The notes beneath the pieces are model-generated. The model was not told where the DNA came from. It did not search any database and saw nothing but the letters and a program-made list of their open reading frames with translations. DNA of 64,000 bases from Candidatus Harrisonbacteria bacterium (GTDB taxonomy: Bacteria > Patescibacteriota > Minisyncoccia > UBA6257 > 1-14-0-10-44-23): contig JAHFLF010000001.1 of assembly GCA_023255625.1 (NCBI GenBank), positions 185,766 to 249,765 on the forward strand, given 5' to 3'. Both the position numbers and the translations under genes were made by a program. This document shows positions 62,777 to 64,000 of this stretch, in pieces (within the stretch, counting starts at the first letter, position 1; each line of letters opens with the position of its first letter).

Positions 62777-64000
62777 ATGACCTATCGCATCGGCCTCGAC
62801 ATCGGCAGTCATACTATCCGGCTCGCGCTCGCGACTGTTGAGCGCGACGGCCTTGTTACACTAACGCATCTTTTACAAAGCCCTTCTGCTGGTATGCGCC
62901 GCGGCGTAGTTGATAACCCAACGCAGCTAACCCAAGCTCTTTCTGTACCAATTGGCACGATAAAAAATATCGCCCGCAGCTCACTTAAACATATCTCTCT
63001 GGCAGTAGCCAGTCCGGATTTCCGGGTTCAGCTAAGCCGTGGTGTAGTCGCTGTCTCGCGGGCAGATGACGAAATTCAGACTGATGACATGCAGCGAGCA
63101 CTACAATCGGCTCGTGCTATAACCACGCAACAAAATCGCATGATTATCGACTCGACAATCAAAGAATTTGTCGTCGATGGCATTAATAATATTATGGATC
63201 CAATCGGCATGCTCGGAAAACGATTGGAGGTTGTTTTAATGCTCATCGATGCATTTGCCCCAGCGCTAAAATCAATGCAGCGCACAGTAGAAACGCTCGG
63301 TGGCGGAGTCGAAAATCTGATCATCAGCCCACTCTCCGCCAGCCATGCCGTGCTTTCCCGCGATCAAAAAGAGCACGGCGTTCTTTTGGTTGATATTGGC
63401 TATGCCAAGACCGGCGTCGCTATTTATGAAGAGGGTCGGCTGGCGCATGTTGCAGTTCTACCGGTCGGTAGTGGCGCGGTCACAAACGACCTGGCAATTG
63501 GCCTGCGCATACCTATAGATATAGCCGAAACTATCAAACTTTCTTACGGATCGGCCCTCGCAAAAGAGGTCTCCTCGCGTGATGCTATTGAACTTGGCAA
63601 AATAGACCCGCGTGTTAAAGGTACGGTAACGCGCAAGTTCATTGCCGAGATTATCGAGGACAGACTTGCCGAAATCTTTGAACTCGTGAATAATGAGGTC
63701 AAACGGGCTCATAAACTAAGTCGAATCCCGGCAGGTATCTTGCTGACGGGCGGCGGGGCCAAAATGCCCGCTATAACTGAATTAGCCCGCCAGGAGCTCC
63801 GGTTGTCAGCCCAAGTGGGTATTCCATCTCTTTCCAGCATCACTAGCCCGAATACTGATCTGACTATCGCAGCAGAGGATCCGGCCTGCGCCACGGTTTT
63901 GGGGCTGCTCACATACCCAGGCCAAGAAGGAAAGCCGGAGCAGGGATCCAAATATATTTCCCTTGGTGGCTCAACTTTAAAAAGAGTGCTCAACTACTTC
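62777..64000 (+). CDS. ftsA: Cell division protein FtsA (3'-partial, runs off window)
   Basis: IGLDIGSHTIRLAL (phosphate-1), VLLVDIGYAKTGVAIY, ILLTGGGAKMPAITELA (adenosine motif). Not in the ORF track because there is no stop before the window end. Confidence 0.8.
   Translation, partial: MTYRIGLDIGSHTIRLALATVERDGLVTLTHLLQSPSAGMRRGVVDNPTQLTQALSVPIGTIKNIARSSLKHISLAVASPDFRVQLSRGVVAVSRADDEIQTDDMQRALQSARAITTQQNRMIIDSTIKEFVVDGINNIMDPIGMLGKRLEVVLMLIDAFAPALKSMQRTVETLGGGVENLIISPLSASHAVLSRDQKEHGVLLVDIGYAKTGVAIYEEGRLAHVAVLPVGSGAVTNDLAIGLRIPIDIAETIKLSYGSALAKEVSSRDAIELGKIDPRVKGTVTRKFIAEIIEDRLAEIFELVNNEVKRAHKLSRIPAGILLTGGGAKMPAITELARQELRLSAQVGIPSLSSITSPNTDLTIAAEDPACATVLGLLTYPGQEGKPEQGSKYISLGGSTLKRVLNYF

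Noticed and set aside
1-64000. Alternative genetic code (UGA recoding, as in some CPR lineages)
   Set aside because: TGA terminates several well-delimited genes at the expected ends (cyclase-partner gene at 1734-1736, histidine kinase at 46111-46113). Standard code assumed.

Overview
This 64 kb window looks like a small-genome, AT-moderate bacterium with AT-rich intergenic DNA. Read by eye, the gene content fits a Patescibacteria/CPR-like or similarly reduced lineage: a single ribosomal alpha-operon block, many membrane proteins, a type IV pilus locus, O-antigen-ligase-like and GxxExxY genes. This placement is inference only. UGA is used as a stop codon, so the standard genetic code applies.

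Core genes, left to right:
- Ribosomal block (minus strand): rpsI-rplM-rplQ-rpoA-rpsD-rpsK-rpsM-rpmJ-infA. rpmJ is missing from the ORF track and was found by hand.
- clpB, htrA, a cysteine desulfurase, fur, an FAD monooxygenase, a dsbB-like gene, a YkuK-like RNase-H-fold gene, a DEDD exonuclease, a HAD hydrolase, ftsK, yerC.
- An RF1 homolog lacking domain 1, three orphan receiver proteins, a GxxExxY nuclease-fold gene, a large surface protein, a GreA C-domain-only gene, a TrmB-like regulator, a SET-domain protein, and a histidine kinase/response regulator pair.
- A type IV pilus locus: two tandem near-identical pilins, pilB, pilC, minor pilins and a pilM/N fusion.
- pth, lepB, hisS, a HIT protein, rpsU, argH, ybaK, yqeY, ybeY and the start of ftsA.

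Accessory and unusual content:
- At the left edge (1-4440), a membrane-anchored hypothetical, then a two-gene operon of a small 3-TM protein plus a minimal class III nucleotidyl cyclase (Pycsar-like candidate). A 664-aa wHTH/PIN-like/coiled-coil/TM protein sits convergent to it.
- Three GC-rich islands in an otherwise lower-GC context, with intact local promoters/RBS/terminators. One of them is followed by a GT-B glycosyltransferase-like gene and a GH84 (O-GlcNAcase-like) gene with an intact catalytic DD motif.
- At least six families of short palindromic or inverted intergenic repeats. The GTTAGTTGG-type repeat has inserted in-frame three times into the cysteine desulfurase gene.
- Four long perfect-stem hairpins with a conserved loop and covarying stems, a CIRCE-like perfect palindrome with a terminator-type leader, and a promoter-to-terminator GC-rich structured RNA unit on the minus strand at about 42885-43095.

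No rRNA, tRNA or CRISPR array could be supported.
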